From: Vicugna vicugna
Lineage: Eukaryota
Reading direction: 5' to 3'
Length of the DNA stretch: 64,000 bases
NCBI GenBank assembly: GCA_013265495.1
Contig: MU062317.1
Coordinates: 930,001-994,000 of the forward strand
The notes beneath the pieces were generated by a model. The model had not been told where the DNA came from and made no database searches. It was given only the letters and a program-made list of their open reading frames with translations. The position numbers were made by a program, and so were the translations under genes. Below, piece after piece: positions 24,634-39,054 of the stretch (within the stretch, counting starts at the first letter, position 1; every line of letters begins with the position of its first letter).

Positions 24634-27600
24634 TTCACGGAGGCACCCTGTGCCGCTGCCTGCAGGCTTTTTATTCTCCAAGAACCGAGGCTGGCTGGTG
24701 GCTGAAATGCTGAAGTGAGAGGCCGCGCTGGTGGAGTGGGCCACGGGGGCAGGCAGCCCTGTCTCTCCATTGCTGTGGCACATGGCCTCATGCAGCCCCT
24801 GGGGAGGGCTGGGACAAAGCCAGCCTGTGGGGACCAAGCCCCACTGTCACAGAGCAGAAGGACCAGCGGAGCAGAACCAACGCACTTTCAAGATCGATTC
24901 CACTGCGGCCCCCAGCTCAACCAAGAGATTTCGTTGCGAGCCAAAGCCCTGTTTCCTCAGGAGCCCGCCTGCTGCTCACTGAAAACTGGATCAAGTCCAC
25001 GGCTTTGAAACGGGCGGACTGGGCCCTTGGGAGAGACGCACACCAAGCTGGTCCTTTATCCCTCTCAGGGTGGAGGTGGGCTGCGCTCCCAGAGGGCGGC
25101 TCACACTTAGTTCTGCTTGCTCTGCTCGGGAAGCAGCACTGACCACGCCACTCGGAGGCTCAGTGTGACCAGCGGGCGCCTGGCAGGCGGCGGCCTCCGG
25201 ACAACACGCGCACCTGAGCCGCGATGGAACAGACGACCGTCCGATGGCAGATAAGATGCATGACTGTCTGATGAGTGGGGGAGCCAAGAAACACTAACAA
25301 GGTGATAAACAAACAAGTGTCTGAGTGAATGAAGGGATGTGCACCTGATGAGTGAATAAAGAAACAAACGCTCTAGAGCGAGCCCTTTCCAGCCTGGGAA
25401 CCCAGGGCCTCCGTGCAGGGGCAAGTTCTCTGACTCGGATTCCTTCCACTGCGCATGTGGTCTCTGTTCTTCAGACCATGTCTTAGAAGTGTTTTCTCAG
25501 CCTTACCTGTGGCTCAAGCTACTGAAGCTGAAACCGCCTGTGAAACACACACACATACACTTCTGAGAATTTCCTGTGACGTTGGTGACCAGGCTGCCTG
25601 CAGGGCTGGGCTCTGGTCTGGGGGCTGGAGTCTGAGCCTGAGCCTCGGTTTCCCCTCTGCAACAGGGAGAACGTTCCCCAGGGCAGCAGCTCCAAGCTGC
25701 ACGGGTCACAGAGACGGTGCCACCTGGAAGCCTGTCCAATCATCTGCAAACCCACAACACCGGGATTTAACTGCAGGTGTACACACAGCACATAGCACAC
25801 GATTTCTGCTCGAATAATTCAATATAGTCGCCCTCTAGACAGTCTCAGCCGGGTTACTTTTTAAAAATAAGATGATACTAAAAATGGCTGATTTTCTGTA
25901 ATTGAGAAAGAAAAGGAGCCGGAAGTGCCAAAGGCCCTTCTTGCAAATGTCTCAAGAAAGCACTGCACTGCTGCCCACGTGACCAAGGACTCGGCGAAGG
26001 CACTGGTACGGGGAGCGGTGACAGAGGACCTTTCGGGCCCACTCGGCCTTGGAGGGTCAGAAGCTGGCTGGTTGCAGCTCCCTGCTCCACTGCCCCAGAA
26101 TATCAGCCTCAGCCAGACCCTCTTATTCTGCCAGTTTGGAAAATTCTAGAGCCAGTCCTTGGCCAAGAGACACACCCATGGCCCAGAACTCAGGGAGGGC
26201 CCCACCCGGGGAGGCGGGGTTGAGGCAACTGTGGCGCGGCCAGTGGACACGCGCAGAGGGAACGCAGCCAGTTCCACGCACAACGGTATCGCTTCCACAA
26301 ACCTCCCTGGAGAAGGGAGCCCGGGCTGGCTCCGGCCCGTCCAAGGTCCTGATGGGGCAGGTGTGGAGATGGGGACAGCCCTTTCGGGACCTGGGAGCCG
26401 GACACAGTGGAGCTGCATTCTCTGCGGTCGAATGTGGGGTGTCACCTAGACTGTGGTTTGAAGCGTGACCATGCCTGGTAAATCCCAATCTAGGTTTCAG
26501 TTCATGTCCTCGTCTTCTTCTCTGTGTCCTCCCCAGGTGCGAGCCTTTACCAGATCACTGAATAATTTTTCTCGTCACTGGAAACAAAACTTCCCCACAT
26601 TTTGGACTAAGCCATTCAAAGGCCACCATGATGCCACTTGTGGGACAGTCCCCAGCGAGCGTAGCCCCCAGCGTCCCCTTCTGAGTCAGAGGGATTCCCA
26701 GCGCCCTTGAGTGGGTGGATTCCTGCATTTACTTCCCCGGCTTCTCCCCCAACCCCACCCCCAAGCACAAGAAGGCCTGGAGTACGTCACCCCCTGGCGT
26801 GGCAGTGCCTCCCTCACCCTGCGTGAGAGTGCGAACGCAAAACCAGTTCTGGGAGGAGCATGCCGGCTCCTTGTGTCCACCGAGAACTTCCACCTCCGTG
26901 TAGGGGTCCTGGCGGGGCAGCCACGGTGGCGTCCAGCCCACCCACGCAGGCCACGTTCCCTCGTTCCATCGGAGGCCCTCCCCTGCCTCCTGGCCTTGCA
27001 CACCCCTGGGTTTGGATGGGCGGGAGCTGCCCCTCGAGGGCCAGCGGCTGGTTCACAAGCTCGTCCCCTTCAGGGCCAGACAGAAGGCCACAGAGGGGGC
27101 TCTTTCCACGTCTCAGCTGGGGTCTCCTGGATGCCTGCCCTGCAGCCTCAGGACAAACCTGGGGGGCCCCTAAATGGCGGCTCATTCAGGCCAGACCCTC
27201 TGAATAAAGAGCAGGTGAAGCCCAGGACAGAGGCTGTGTGGGTGAGACCCCCAGCCTGGTCCTGAGCCCACCGGCAGTGCCACCCCCTAGCTCCGGGCCG
27301 CCGAGCAAGGACACGCACACAGGGGTCTCTAGAGGGCGAGTGTGGGGTGGGGCCAGAGGCGCCGCGTCAGGGCAGAGCCAGACTCAGCCGGGACCCGAGC
27401 ACCCCAGCCTCCTGCAGGCCTCGCGGCTTCCCTGGGTGCCTGATAGTGGCAGAGCAGACCAGGACTCTAAAGATCTTGGAGGCATGACAGGAACTGTTTC
27501 AGAGAAAGAAGTCAGAAAAGTGGGGGGTCCCAGGCTCCTACTTAGGTCCCGTGGCTCTCAGTCGGGGGGCCCTGCCGCCCAGGGGATGTCGGTAACATCT

Positions 27601-30278
27601 GGAGACACCTGGTTGTCACAGCTGGGGAGGGCGTGCTACTAGCATGTGGCCTTGCCCAGGACGGTACCCACTGCAGAGTCCCAGGACGCATGGGTCCACA
27701 GAAATGCCTTTGTGGGGGCCACATCCCCCCGTGGCTCCATGGGGCTGACACCCCTGAGGCAGACAGTCTGGCTGTGACTGTGGGCCCCTCACAGGCTGCA
27801 GAGGGAGTGGCCCTCGGACCGCAGGCCACAGTGGACAGGCCCTGAGCCGGCTGCTCCCCCGTGTTCTGACTCCACTGTTACAGCAGCCCGAGGGCCGGGA
27901 CCACTTCTGTCGGGCTTGCTGAGGCACTGCGTGGCGGGCGGTGGGGGGAGGCGACCTTTTCACAGCCGCCGAAGTAACAGGTGGCAGAGCCAGGATTCAG
28001 ACCCGGGGCAGGGACCGGGTCTCGGGCCGCTCGGAGTTGGGCAAAGGGCCTCTCAGGTCCCGCCGCCCACGGCAGGGATCGTGACCCCGTCTAAGGGCGA
28101 CTGCCTTAGACCGCGTCCTCGCCCGCGTCAGCTCTGCCCAGCGCCTCTGAACCTCAGACGCACTTTGCTTCCTCTTTGGAACTGTCCACGGCAGTGCCGG
28201 GGCCTCCCCGGGAGCAAAGCTTCAGGTATCTTTGCCGCGAGCAGATGCCAAGGGCGTTAAGATCATAAAACTTGCTGCTAGAAAGGAAACAGGTCAGGCC
28301 CTGATGTCCAGGGAGCTCGCACAGCAGGGACGCTTGGACTGGTGGACTTAATTAAATGACTGCGCTTTGTGGTTGCGAATTTCCTTTCAAGCCATAAGAA
28401 GGGGCTAAAAGCGCTGGCTAGAACTCTCTCTGGGAAGCTCTTTCGGAGACGCAAGCAGCGGGGCTGGCGCACTGGCGCCTATGAACGTGCCCGCCTGCTG
28501 ACGGCTGCCTCCACCCGCGACGGTGCTTCAGGCTCTGGGTCCCGACTTGGCCTGTTTCTCCCGGGCCTTCCTGGAAGCTGGCTCACGGTGAGACGTGCAG
28601 GCGTGTGGTCTCCTCTCTGCCCCCCAGTGCCGGCTGGCTCAGCCTCTCGGACGGGTCCTCGCTTCCGGGACCAGACACCAGGCCCGCGGCACCCCTGCAG
28701 AGGAGCCCCGTCGGGGAGACGCGAGCTGCTCCCTTCTCCTTCTGTCTCTGTGACCGGGGCTTGTGTGAGACCAGGCTGTGTCTCGCATTCACTCACCCAA
28801 ACACCATTTCTGGAGACCTTCGTAAAGGCATGTTCCCTTCATCAGGCCCCAGGACCTCGTCCCTAACTCCAATCACCCGGCCTCCCAGGGAGAAATTTCC
28901 TTACCGCTGCTCGGGAAACAGATTTATGATCCGCAGGAAAAGTAAATCGTGCAACTGCCATCTCGTCTGGCATCCAGGTCTCTGTCCCCAGGGCCCCGAA
29001 GCGCTTTCCTCCTGGGGGTCAGGAGCCCCGCGTCTGCCCTCAGACGCACCGTGCGGGCTGCCTGCTGGACAGTCCTCCCCCCACTCCCGTGCCAGACCTG
29101 CCACGGGACCCCTGGGGGCCTCGTTGTGAGTAAATGTGCTTACCCAGCCCGAAGGGCACAGATCCGCGCCCACCCAGCGGCCGCTCCTGGAAACGGCCTG
29201 GCTCAGCCTGGCGTGCGCGCATGGCTGTGGTCTCTCCCCAGCGCCTGGATAAACCTACACGGTCAAGTCAGAGCCCGCCAAACCGCTTGTGCTCAGCCAC
29301 AGTTCTGTGGTGAGGAGCTCACGAAGGCTCCAGAACAGGGGGTGTTCGGCTCAGCCCAGCGACACCTCGAAAGGGCCAGGACGTGTGGTCTAAGGACACA
29401 GGCTCTGTTCCTGCCTGGGCACCGGGCAGGCCTGGTGGACAGGAGGGACATGCGGCCCCCAGGGAGCAGTGGCACGGCCGGGCTCCCAGCGGGGCCCCAA
29501 AACAAAGCTACAGCACTGACAGCCCGTTTCCATCCCGAATGCCTACTTTCGGGCGCGGACACGCTGGGATCCCCTCACGTTCACAGGCCAGCCCTACCGG
29601 GTCGACACAGGAGAGGGGCCAGGCCCATGGGGGTCAGTGGGCGCTCGAAGGCCACCACTGCCAGCTCTGTGACTCTGCCACTGGCTGAGGGAAGTGGTGA
29701 AGCAGTGCCACTCAGTGCTGTTGGTAATGGGGACGAGCTGGGGCGCAGCTAACCCGTCTCCGACTCGCAGGAACCTCTGGGGAAATCGGACCATCATGAA
29801 GCGGCTGGTTGGGGCAGCGCTGGGCCAGGTTGGGGCGGCGGGCACGCACTGCCCCCGCTGCTCTCTGCCAAGTCCTGGAGTCTGGAGTTGGGGCTCTTTG
29901 AGTCCCCTGGGCGTTCAGACCCCTCCCCGCCTGAGAGGGTTAACTGTGCGGGACCCGGAGATTCCGGCCGTTAATCCGGCACATGCTGCCCGCACTCGGA
30001 GGGCAGGGTGGGCAAAGGGGCAGCCGGCTCCCCTCGCCGTGGGGGGGGCTCTGAATAGCAAGTCAGCTACGCCAGGCGGGCAATTCCTTGGGGCCGGGCC
30101 AGCCAGGAGCGCCTGTCCGCGGCTCCCGGGGGCGCCCCGGCCCCCGAACCTCACACACACCAGGCCCCTTTCATCGCCACTGGGCCCGCCTTGGAGTCAG
30201 ACCCCGCCCGCTCCTAATCCTTATTCTCTTTAAAAAACGGATTAGGAAAATCTCATCTGGAAAATTAATTAATGTGTG

Positions 30279-30314
30279 AATTCAACAAATATTTACTGAG
30301 CATAGCACTTTGTG
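30279..30314 (-). mobile_element. LINE-2 3' tail fragment
   Basis: attcaacaaatatttactgagca is the reverse complement of the L2 terminus tgctcaataaatatttgttgaat. Confidence 0.6.
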
Positions 30315-31935
30315 AAGGCTATTTTTTTACATAACCTGCATGCTCCCCTTTGGGGGGGCAGTCAGGTCCCTGGCCGGTCCACTTCTCTGTCTCCCGGGTT
30401 GGATGGCCACTTCTCGTAACACTGTTCTCTAATTCAGCTATGAGGATATATTTCTTTCATACACAACCAGCCACCAAAGCACACCTGAAATGTCCAACTT
30501 TTAAGTGGAGGTAGAAAAATCAGACGACCTCATGGGAGACGGGGCTCCCTGGCGGGCAGGGCCCGGCTACCCCGGGCGACACGGCCCGCGGTCCCGGAAA
30601 GCTGCAGGCGAGGCGCTCTCGGGAGCCCCTTGACAAGTGCCCGGCAATTGTGTCTGCTGTCATCCCACTGCTGGCACTGGGGATTGCTTTCAACGCCCCA
30701 TTCTCCCGTCCCCTCCGGTCACTGGCTGTAGGTAAGTATATCGTCCGGCAGCCGCCCCCGCCCCCAGCCAAACAAAAGTGAGCCGGCCCAGCCCCTCCCC
30801 AAGAAAGGGGGCCGAGCCTTTCACAGGCAGTGAATGGGGCTCCTCACTGAGGCCGCATTATAGCCGGGCCTTCATTTCCCCTTCCTTCTTTCCCGCATTC
30901 AGGGGGGCTCTGACTTCAGCTAATTCGGTAACAATCCCACCGCGCCTTCCCAGCGCCCGGCTCGGGGGCACATTGTCTGGGGCGCAGCCTTCCCCCCGGC
31001 CGGGTCCGCTCTCCAATTAGCCAACCGCTGGGCCCTCTGTCCCTCTCCACTCCTTCCTGCCGGCCGGCCGTTTTTAACCGTTTCCTTTTGAGCTGGACTC
31101 CCGAGGGCCTTCGGGGGAGAGCAAGGTCGGTGCCTGGTCGGCCAGGGTGGAGACAGACACACACAGCCTTCCAGAGCCGGCACCAGCCTTGCCGAGAGCG
31201 GCAAGACCAGGCAGCCGGCCTGCGCATCCCACACCGCACCCCCGCTGGCCCCTCCGGGCCGGGCCAGGCTCTGAGGACTTCAGACGCTCCCGGTGCCTCT
31301 GTCTCCCTCAGGGCCAGTTTCTCCTCTAACTGCCGCCTCAGGGTGTAGGGGCCAGTCTGGGGTCTTGTACCACTCCGGTCCCGACGACCACATCCCTCCA
31401 AAGTGTCGACACTACATGTTTTACCCCCAACCCAATTTCTCCCACTTGAAGAAAACAGGTCCAAAGGCGGGCAGGGAGCAGGCGGGACCCATGTTCCCTC
31501 GGGGCTTTTCTGTGCAGGTTCACAGAGCGCGCGCACACACATGTACGCACACACGCACACACACCCCCTGGGGCGCAGGGGAAGGCAGCAGGGGCGGGGC
31601 GGGGCAGAGAGGGGTCAACCCAGTTCGTGTCGACTTCACAGCTATCATCTTCACGTGGAAGACACTGAAATCGGCTGAAAATGCAGGGCCTGGAGAGGTC
31701 CCTGAGCACTGACCAGGTGAGCAAGGTGGTCAGGAACTAACGGCCCCCTGGGTTCCCACCCCCACGCTCCCAGTCCCGCACGGCCCCTCTTGGTGTCCCA
31801 GGAGGACACCTGGCCAGGAGGCCTTGGGCGCCAGCCTCCATGCAGGGACACCAGGACCAGGTGTGTGCCACCACCAGCTTGGCCAGCTGCGGCCCCCAGG
31901 AATGGCTCAACCCAGGTGTTTGATCTCCGAGGGTC

Positions 31936-32345
31936 TGTTCCGGGTTGAACAGCGTCCCCCTGGTTCATCTGCTGAAGTCCTAACCCCCAGTACCTCCTAA
32001 CGTGACCTGATGTGGAAGCAGCACCCTTACAGCTGTAATTCATTCAGAGGAGGTCACACCAGGGTAGGTGAGACCCCATGCAATATGACTGGACACAGAC
32101 ATGCAGATGGGGACAGTGTGCGTGAAGCTGCAGGCAGGGGTCTTGGGGTGGTGTGCCAGTAAGCATGTCCACACGCCCAGCAAACCGCCAAGGCCCGGAG
32201 GGAGGCCGCGGACAGATGCTCCCCGGGAGGCTGCGAAGGGAGCGAGGTGCTGCCGACACCTTGGTTCCGGGCTTCCAGCCTCCAGACTGAGAGCGTGTCT
32301 GGCTGAAGCCGCCCGGCGGCTGGAGCTTGGCGGGGACCCAGCGCA
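31936..32345 (+). mobile_element. MLT1 (ERVL-MaLR) solo LTR, MLT1B/C-like
   Basis: Starts tgttccgggttgaac; contains gaagtcctaacccccagtacctc, aatatgactggacacagac, ccagcaaaccgcc and gctgccgacaccttggttccgggcttccagcctccaga, colinear with the recalled MLT1 consensus. Confidence 0.85.
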
Positions 32346-33205
32346 GGTCACTCCGGGTGCAGCAGCCTCCTTGCTCTGCCGTGTGCACTGTGTTCCGATC
32401 CTTCCACTGCCCATCAACCGATTTCCTCCCCTTAACTGGCTTATTTGAAAATGGCCATGGAAAGAGAACTCACCAAGGCCATTTGGGCGGTAGCGTCATT
32501 CTTTTCAAAATGCCTCATCATTTACTAAACCCAGGATCGTAGGAGCTGGAGGGAGCCATCTGAGGGATTCTTGCCGAAGACCCCTGGCTCCCCCTTCAGC
32601 GTGACTTCCTGCGGAAAAGCAGTGAGCAGACTGGACGCAGCTTCTGCACCAGCAGGGAGCCGGGGGGTGCTTGCTTCCATTGATCTCGGTGGCTTCGAGG
32701 CCGGTTAGCCCGTCAGAGACGGGGCAGCCTGTCCAGGGGAGCAGAGCTTCTGTGAAGAGAGACCGCAGGCCAAGTGCTCAGTCAGGAGCCGCCCAAGGGT
32801 CCCACGTGGACCCTTCAGCACAGGCTGCGCCCACCTGGCCTGTCACTGGGAGCCGACCTTCCCGGGAATGCTGAAACGCGCAGGTCGCCGTCCCGGGCCC
32901 ACGGGGCCTGTTTTGAAAGCGCTGGGGGTAGGTGTTTCGTGTTTCTGAACGGGCACATTTGTGTCCTCGAGCAAGGCCGCTCACATGGCTTGGAAGACTC
33001 ACTTGCATTTCAGCTCACAGTGGAAAGAGAAAGAAACGCTTGTACGGAAATTGTAATGACCAGGGTGGGGGTGGAGGGACGCCCAGGGAAAAGTTATCCA
33101 CTTTTTCCCTCAGATCCATCCAAGAAATCTCTCTCCAGCTCTTGAAGATCAGAGTGCTCAAATCAGGTGCCTTCAGGGCAACTCCCTGCAGCGCTTGCCT
33201 AACCC

Positions 33206-33241
33206 ACGGGGAAACTGAGGCTCAGAGATGGGGTGGTTGCT
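33206..33241 (+). mobile_element. MIR core fragment
   Basis: ggaaactgaggctcagagatgg. Confidence 0.5.
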
Positions 33242-36200
33242 CGGTCTCTGTCCGCGGCATGGCCCCGCCCCCGTGACACAAACATCTTAGTCTCTGCCTT
33301 TGCATCTCAGGAACCTTCATGAATTTATATGACGCTTAAAAGGACCAAACAAAAAAGGCTGGCAGTGACCACTCCGTCCGTCGCCTACTCGGCGTTAACA
33401 GGTGTTAACAGGCGTTGACAGGTAACACCACGGCGGGTCTTGGCTCTCTGGGATTTTGAGGCACTTTAAGACAAAGGCTCTAAATTGCCCCGACTCCCGA
33501 GGCACCAAGGAACTGGCAGGGCAGCCTTGCCAGCGTCTCCCTGCGTCTCCCAGCTCCTCCAGCGTCTCTGAGCACCTCCAGCATCTTCCCACGTCTCTCC
33601 AGGGGCTCCCAGCAGAAGGGACCTGCTCCTTTCCTGGAAACGAGGGGAGTGAGCGGGGCCCTGGTTTGGAGCAGGAGTCCGACCTGTTGGGTTGCAGCTG
33701 CTCCGTCAGCAACATCGTCGGCCTCCCTGGCACTCAGTTTCCCTTCATGGAAAATGGAGAGGAGGGTGTCCCAGAGGTGAAGTGGGGGCAGCACAACAGC
33801 CCCAGGGGAGCCATCTCCAGGGAACGTGTGGGCTCCTGGAGCTGGGAAGCCTGGACACTGGGAGGGGCCGGGTACTGGGAGCAGCACCCCCGGAGGATGG
33901 CTCCACCTGGAGAGGCGGCAGCGGCTCAGCCTCTGCCTCCGGGGACTGGAGGGACGCCCGCCCCGGGGACGTGCGCTCCCTCCCTGAGGCAGCCCGGAGC
34001 ACAGGGCACTGGAGGGGCTGGCTGAGTACAGCTGTGCCCCCGAGGACCAGGCATCCTGCTCTGGGGACGCATGGCTTCTGAGAATCCGAGCAGACGTGTC
34101 TAAAGGGAGGAAGACGGGGCGCTGGGCCTGGGCTGGGCTCCAGGCCCGCAGGCGGGCATCCTCTGTAATCAGCGCATCCTCTCGGGAGGGTCCGGAAGCC
34201 ACTCGTTAAAGGGTGGAGGCAGGTGCTGACCTGGGGCAGGCCGTTCTCCATCCAGTTGGTCCAGCCGGAGATTCTGCATCCTCTATCCCGGGGCTGGGAG
34301 GGCGCTGGGCGACGTGCGGCCCTGGGACGGACGGACGGCAGGAGCCTGACTGGCCCACTGTTTGGGGTCACCCCATCTTGGACGCATTTTAGATTCCAAG
34401 TAGGATTAAGCAAGGACGTCAGTCCAAGACCGACCCTCAGACCCAGGGAGTCCGGTGTCGTCCTCGGGCTGTCAGTGGGCCGTGGGTTTCGGCGGGAGCC
34501 TCTCCAGACGGGGCTGGGGCGGAACTCGGCTCATTTCTGGACTGTGTGTCTGGCTGAGGGAAGCAAGCTCGGTTGACATCGGGAGCCCGGGGCCGCCAGC
34601 GTGTCACTAGAAACTAGACACTCCACTTCCCTTGGCCCCGCGAGGCCCTTCGAGGGTCGGGTGCTCCGAGTGGTCATCCCATGTCCTCGGCGCTGAGTCA
34701 CAAGCCCTGGTGGTGGCCAGTCTGACTCATCGGGAGCTGGTCCCCAGGCCTGGCTGCAGGCCTCACCGGGGGTGGGGGGGGGCGGCAGGAGGTGCTGAGA
34801 CACCAGGGGCTGGGAGCTCAGCTGGCGACCCAGCCTCTCCCCGAGGCGGGGGGCAGGGCCGGCCCCCGGCTGGGCTGCTCTCCCGAACGTCCAGGCTGGT
34901 TCCTGGAGGGCCGGAAAGTGCACTGCTCAGCCCTGGGGGTGCGAGCCCTCTGTCCCCGGAGGGGCTCTCAAGTCAGCTCTGCGGAAGTCGTGCCCACACG
35001 ATGCAGGCGTCCCAGAAAGGGAAGTAGCTTTCCTTCAGCATGGCAGCCCCATGACGTTATTAATGGTGTTTGAAGGCTTCTGTCAAAATGCAAAACGGAC
35101 CTCTTTGTTCTCTCTTTCCTCAAACGAAGGCAGTGAGGTTCCTGCAACTTAAGCTGCCTTCCCTGAGCCCTCGCTCAGGCCCCCACCTGCCATCCTCCCC
35201 CCGCCCCAGCCTCTTGTCGGTCTCTCACCCTCTCCCGTCCACCGCTGCGTCAGGACTGAAGTCTGTGCCCAAAGGCTGCAGGTGGCATCTTCTGGTGGGA
35301 GGTTTGGGGCCAGTAAAGGGTGTGAAAATGAGCCTCTCGGCAGTCCCCTCCTTGGGGACTTTCCTTCTGGAGCCCCTGACTGGGCTGGCTGAGGGCCGGA
35401 CAAACACCCGAGCCCCCACTGCGTTTTCAGGGGAGCCCAGCACAGCGTCGAGGAAACCTGAGCGGTTCTTCAGATCTGCGGACGACCTCCACATCTCTCC
35501 TTACAGTACCCTGAGTCTGCAGGAGCACCCCCGATGGAAGACTTTGGTGGGTCCACAGAACCTCCAGCCTCCTGCAGCATGGCAGCCCCCCTCCTGGGGG
35601 ACACCTGGCTGCATAGCTGGGCGGCAACGGGACCTCGGAGAGGGAGTCATTACCTGGGGTCCCTGCTGGAAGGACAGGAGCAAGCCCCCAGCCTGTGTGA
35701 AGAGATAAACTTGCAGGGCGCCATCTTTAATTTGGGGGCAGTCTGACACCCCAGGATCTAGCACTGTGCCAAGGAGATTCGAGGGCTCAGCCCCCAGCTG
35801 AACCCGGGAGGCCTGGAGCCTCCAAACCTCCCAGGGAGAGCGCGGGAGAGGGAGGAGGGGGCTGCGGCACCAGCCCTGAGGGCACCAGCCGCCTCTGGGA
35901 TCTCAGACTTGAGACAAGGTCCCCCTGGTCTCCGCAGGGGGACGGTGCAGTGCCCTGCCGCCCTGCCTGCTGGGCTGGTGCAGGGCGTGGGCCGCCTCCA
36001 GTGCCTGCCAGTCCCCAGCAACGGCCTCCGGGCCCCCGTGACATCCCAGAGCATTCTCCTCGCCAGCCTTGACCTTCGGGGCCGGGACCGCCCTCTGGTC
36101 GCCACCGCCTCCCAGGGTCCCCTGCTGCCATTGCCGTCACCACCATCCCTGCGTCCAGGGGACGGCCCAGGGCCCGTCTGGGGCTGGGAGCCCCAGGAGT

Positions 36201-39054
36201 GGGGCAAGAGGCAGGGGTTCCCTGCAGGGGCCACCCCGGGGCCAGTGCCCACACCAGCACCACAAGGGCTGCCCCGCGAGGTCGCATGCCCTGGCGCGCC
36301 CTGGGCTGAGCCGGGTCAGCCGGCCGAAAGAGGAGCACCCCTGGGCGAGGGTCACGCATGCCTCTTGGCCCCTCTGGGTCTTCACACACGTGAGGCTCTT
36401 TAAGGTCCGCTCCACGGGCTATTCCAGTGTGAATCAAGCTCTGGGAGCCAGGGCAACTGGAAACTTCTAGAAGGGCCCTCCTGGGAAGGTCCTCAGCCGC
36501 AAGGTGCTCCCTGTGTTGACTCGTGTGGGGTCTGGCCCAGGAGCGGCCTCTCCTCCCAGCTTCCTGCCAGGGGAGCCTGGTGCCGGGAGGCGGGCAAACC
36601 TGAGAGCGGCTGTCCCGGGGCTCAGCGGCCTCCCCTGGGGGCCCTGGGGCTGCGGGCCGTTTCGTTATCATCATCTTCAGCGAGTCCAGTCTGGCTCAGG
36701 CTTTGCCATAGGGCTTTGCTTCTGCCTTGAAGGAGGCCAGGGGAGGGGGCTCAGCTACTTGCAGGTCCCAGTCTCCCTGGCGAGCACCTGGCTCTGCCTT
36801 CCAGGCGTGCCCCTTCCTTCCCCACGGCCACGGACGCGCGCACCCCGCGAACCCCAAGGCGGCGGCGAGAACGAAGCAGCCAGGCGTCCGAGTCCCCGGC
36901 CACCCCCGCTCTTGGCAGTGCTCTCCCGGCCTCGCTGAGTGCTGGGCTGAAAGGAAGGCTGATAAATTAGTCTAGAGGGAAACAAGGCCGCTTCTACTTG
37001 TAAAAGGTCACTGCGACTTTGTTCTGGGTGAGGGTTTATCTCCGCTGCCGCGGGGACAGACAATGCCTCAGGCCTGAATGGCAGGGATCTCAGCTCCGCT
37101 CGAGCAATGACGGCGCTGATAAGCCAGAGTGGACTTTAGAAAGATCTAAATGGGAAAGGAGTGGATGTAGGCATTTTCGAACATGATTGAACAGGGATGA
37201 CACAATGGGACGTGCAATTAAACTGGGCATTAGCCCAGAAGGCAGAAAAGCAGACGGCAAGTCAGACAGAGGTGGTTCCCGGGCCAGCTGCGGGCTGGTG
37301 AGCCTGGCCCCGCCCTGGCCGGCTGGGCGGGGCGGGGGGGGGGGTCGCAGCCGGGCCGAGGACCACGCTCGGGACGGGAACCACACGTGCTCCAGGCGCT
37401 GCCGCTGGGTGCTGGCACCTGCTTCACCCCGACCCCCTGGAACACAGTGGTACCTGGCACGGGGGCCAGGCACACAGGTGAGCAGGGACCAGCCCACTGA
37501 CTCCTGTGACAATGACTGGGCCAACTTGTCTTAGCATCTTCCCACTTGGAGGAGGAGACACCACCGCTGAGACCAACGTGCATCCTATTGGCTGATTTAA
37601 ACGTCACCTTCGGGCCGTTTTATTCCCTACCTCCAAATAATGTGAGAGGAGGGTGGGGCCACGGAGCACCAGGGTGCAGGCTTCCTCTGTTCCCACAGGG
37701 CCTCCTGCCGTGCGCCCAGGCTACCCTCTCATCCAGCCCCGGGACCCCAGCAAACCCAGCCGCAGCTCAGGGCCCAGCAGGGCCTGGGGATTGAGGGTGC
37801 CCTGCACCAGCCTCGGGCCTGCAGGGGACCCTCCGTGGCCACTGCCCCTCGGTGGGTGGTGAGTGGCCATGTCACCCTGGTTTTTGGCTGAGGCTGAGGT
37901 GGCCTGTGACGCGCTGAGAGCACATTCCTAACCTGGGGGTGACCAGCCCACAAAAATTCCCAACTCGAGAGAAGCTTTGATAAGCAGGCCTGGCTGGGAG
38001 GGCCACGCCCTTGTCCCGTGACCCAGGGGACCTTTTATGGCCTGCAACGTCTGGGACGCTTGTCTGACCCAGTAGGGAGGGAGGCCCGCGGAGGGGGTGG
38101 ACGACGGGCCGGCCAAGGCCATGCTGGGGATCCCCAGGGAGCCGCCTGGCCAGTAGCTGCCCGCCCCCAGAGGGGCCGCCCCTCCCATCCTGCTCTTCAC
38201 GTACTTGACGTGGAAATCTTTCCGTATAAACGAACAGCACTGCAGATGCTCGGTCTCAGCTTGTGGGTCCCCACCACTTGCTTCCTGCCTTGGGAAGGTG
38301 GGGTCAGCCCAGAGGGTAACCCTGAGAGCCACGGCTCGGATGGCAGTGTGGGCATGGACAGAGGAGGCCAAGTTTCACATTTGTGCCTTACTGGTCCCCA
38401 TCCCCCTGGGGGAGCCGAGGGTTGGGCCGTCGCCCACAGGACAGGGCAGCGGGGGTGGAGTGCCCACGGGGGCCGGGGGCTGCTCTAGCTGCCGGGGGTG
38501 CACTGGGGGCAGTGGGGCTGGCGCAGCCCTGCTCTCAGCGCGTGCTGGTTGCGTGAAGCGCAGGGCCAACAGGCACAGCAAAGGGATGCTGGGGGCGGGG
38601 GTGGCCCTGCGCCTGGGCCCACGGTGCTGTGCCAACCTGCCACGTGACTCCGCGGGAACCCCTTCCCTCTAAGGCTCCCTGCACGGTGTCAGGCGTGCCC
38701 CCAAGTAATGTCCAGGCGTGACCCGGACAATCAGTGCCTGGGACCCCCCAGCCTTGACCATCACTGCCATGCCCTTGGGAAGGTGGCCATATCGCTGGGC
38801 AGTCTCCAGGGAGCTCCCCACCCGAGGAGGGCAGTGCTGACAGCCAGCTGTTTGGGTGGGATCCCTCGGGAGCCCCTTCCCCAGCCTCACCTGCCGCCCA
38901 GAGCTCCGCCTGGAGGACAGTGGGGCAGCCAGGCTGCTCCTGGCACCAGTTCCCCATCCTGCCCTCCCATGGAGACAGCCCTCTTGGTTGACCCCACCCC
39001 CTCCTTCTGCTCTCTCCACCTGAGCTTGACAAGACCTGCTGTCAAGAAAGATTC

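Noticed and set aside
23859-24791. His/Thr-rich and Cys/Val-rich ORFs that look metal-binding
   Set aside because: They are translations of the (CA/TG)-type repeat and are open in nearly all frames.
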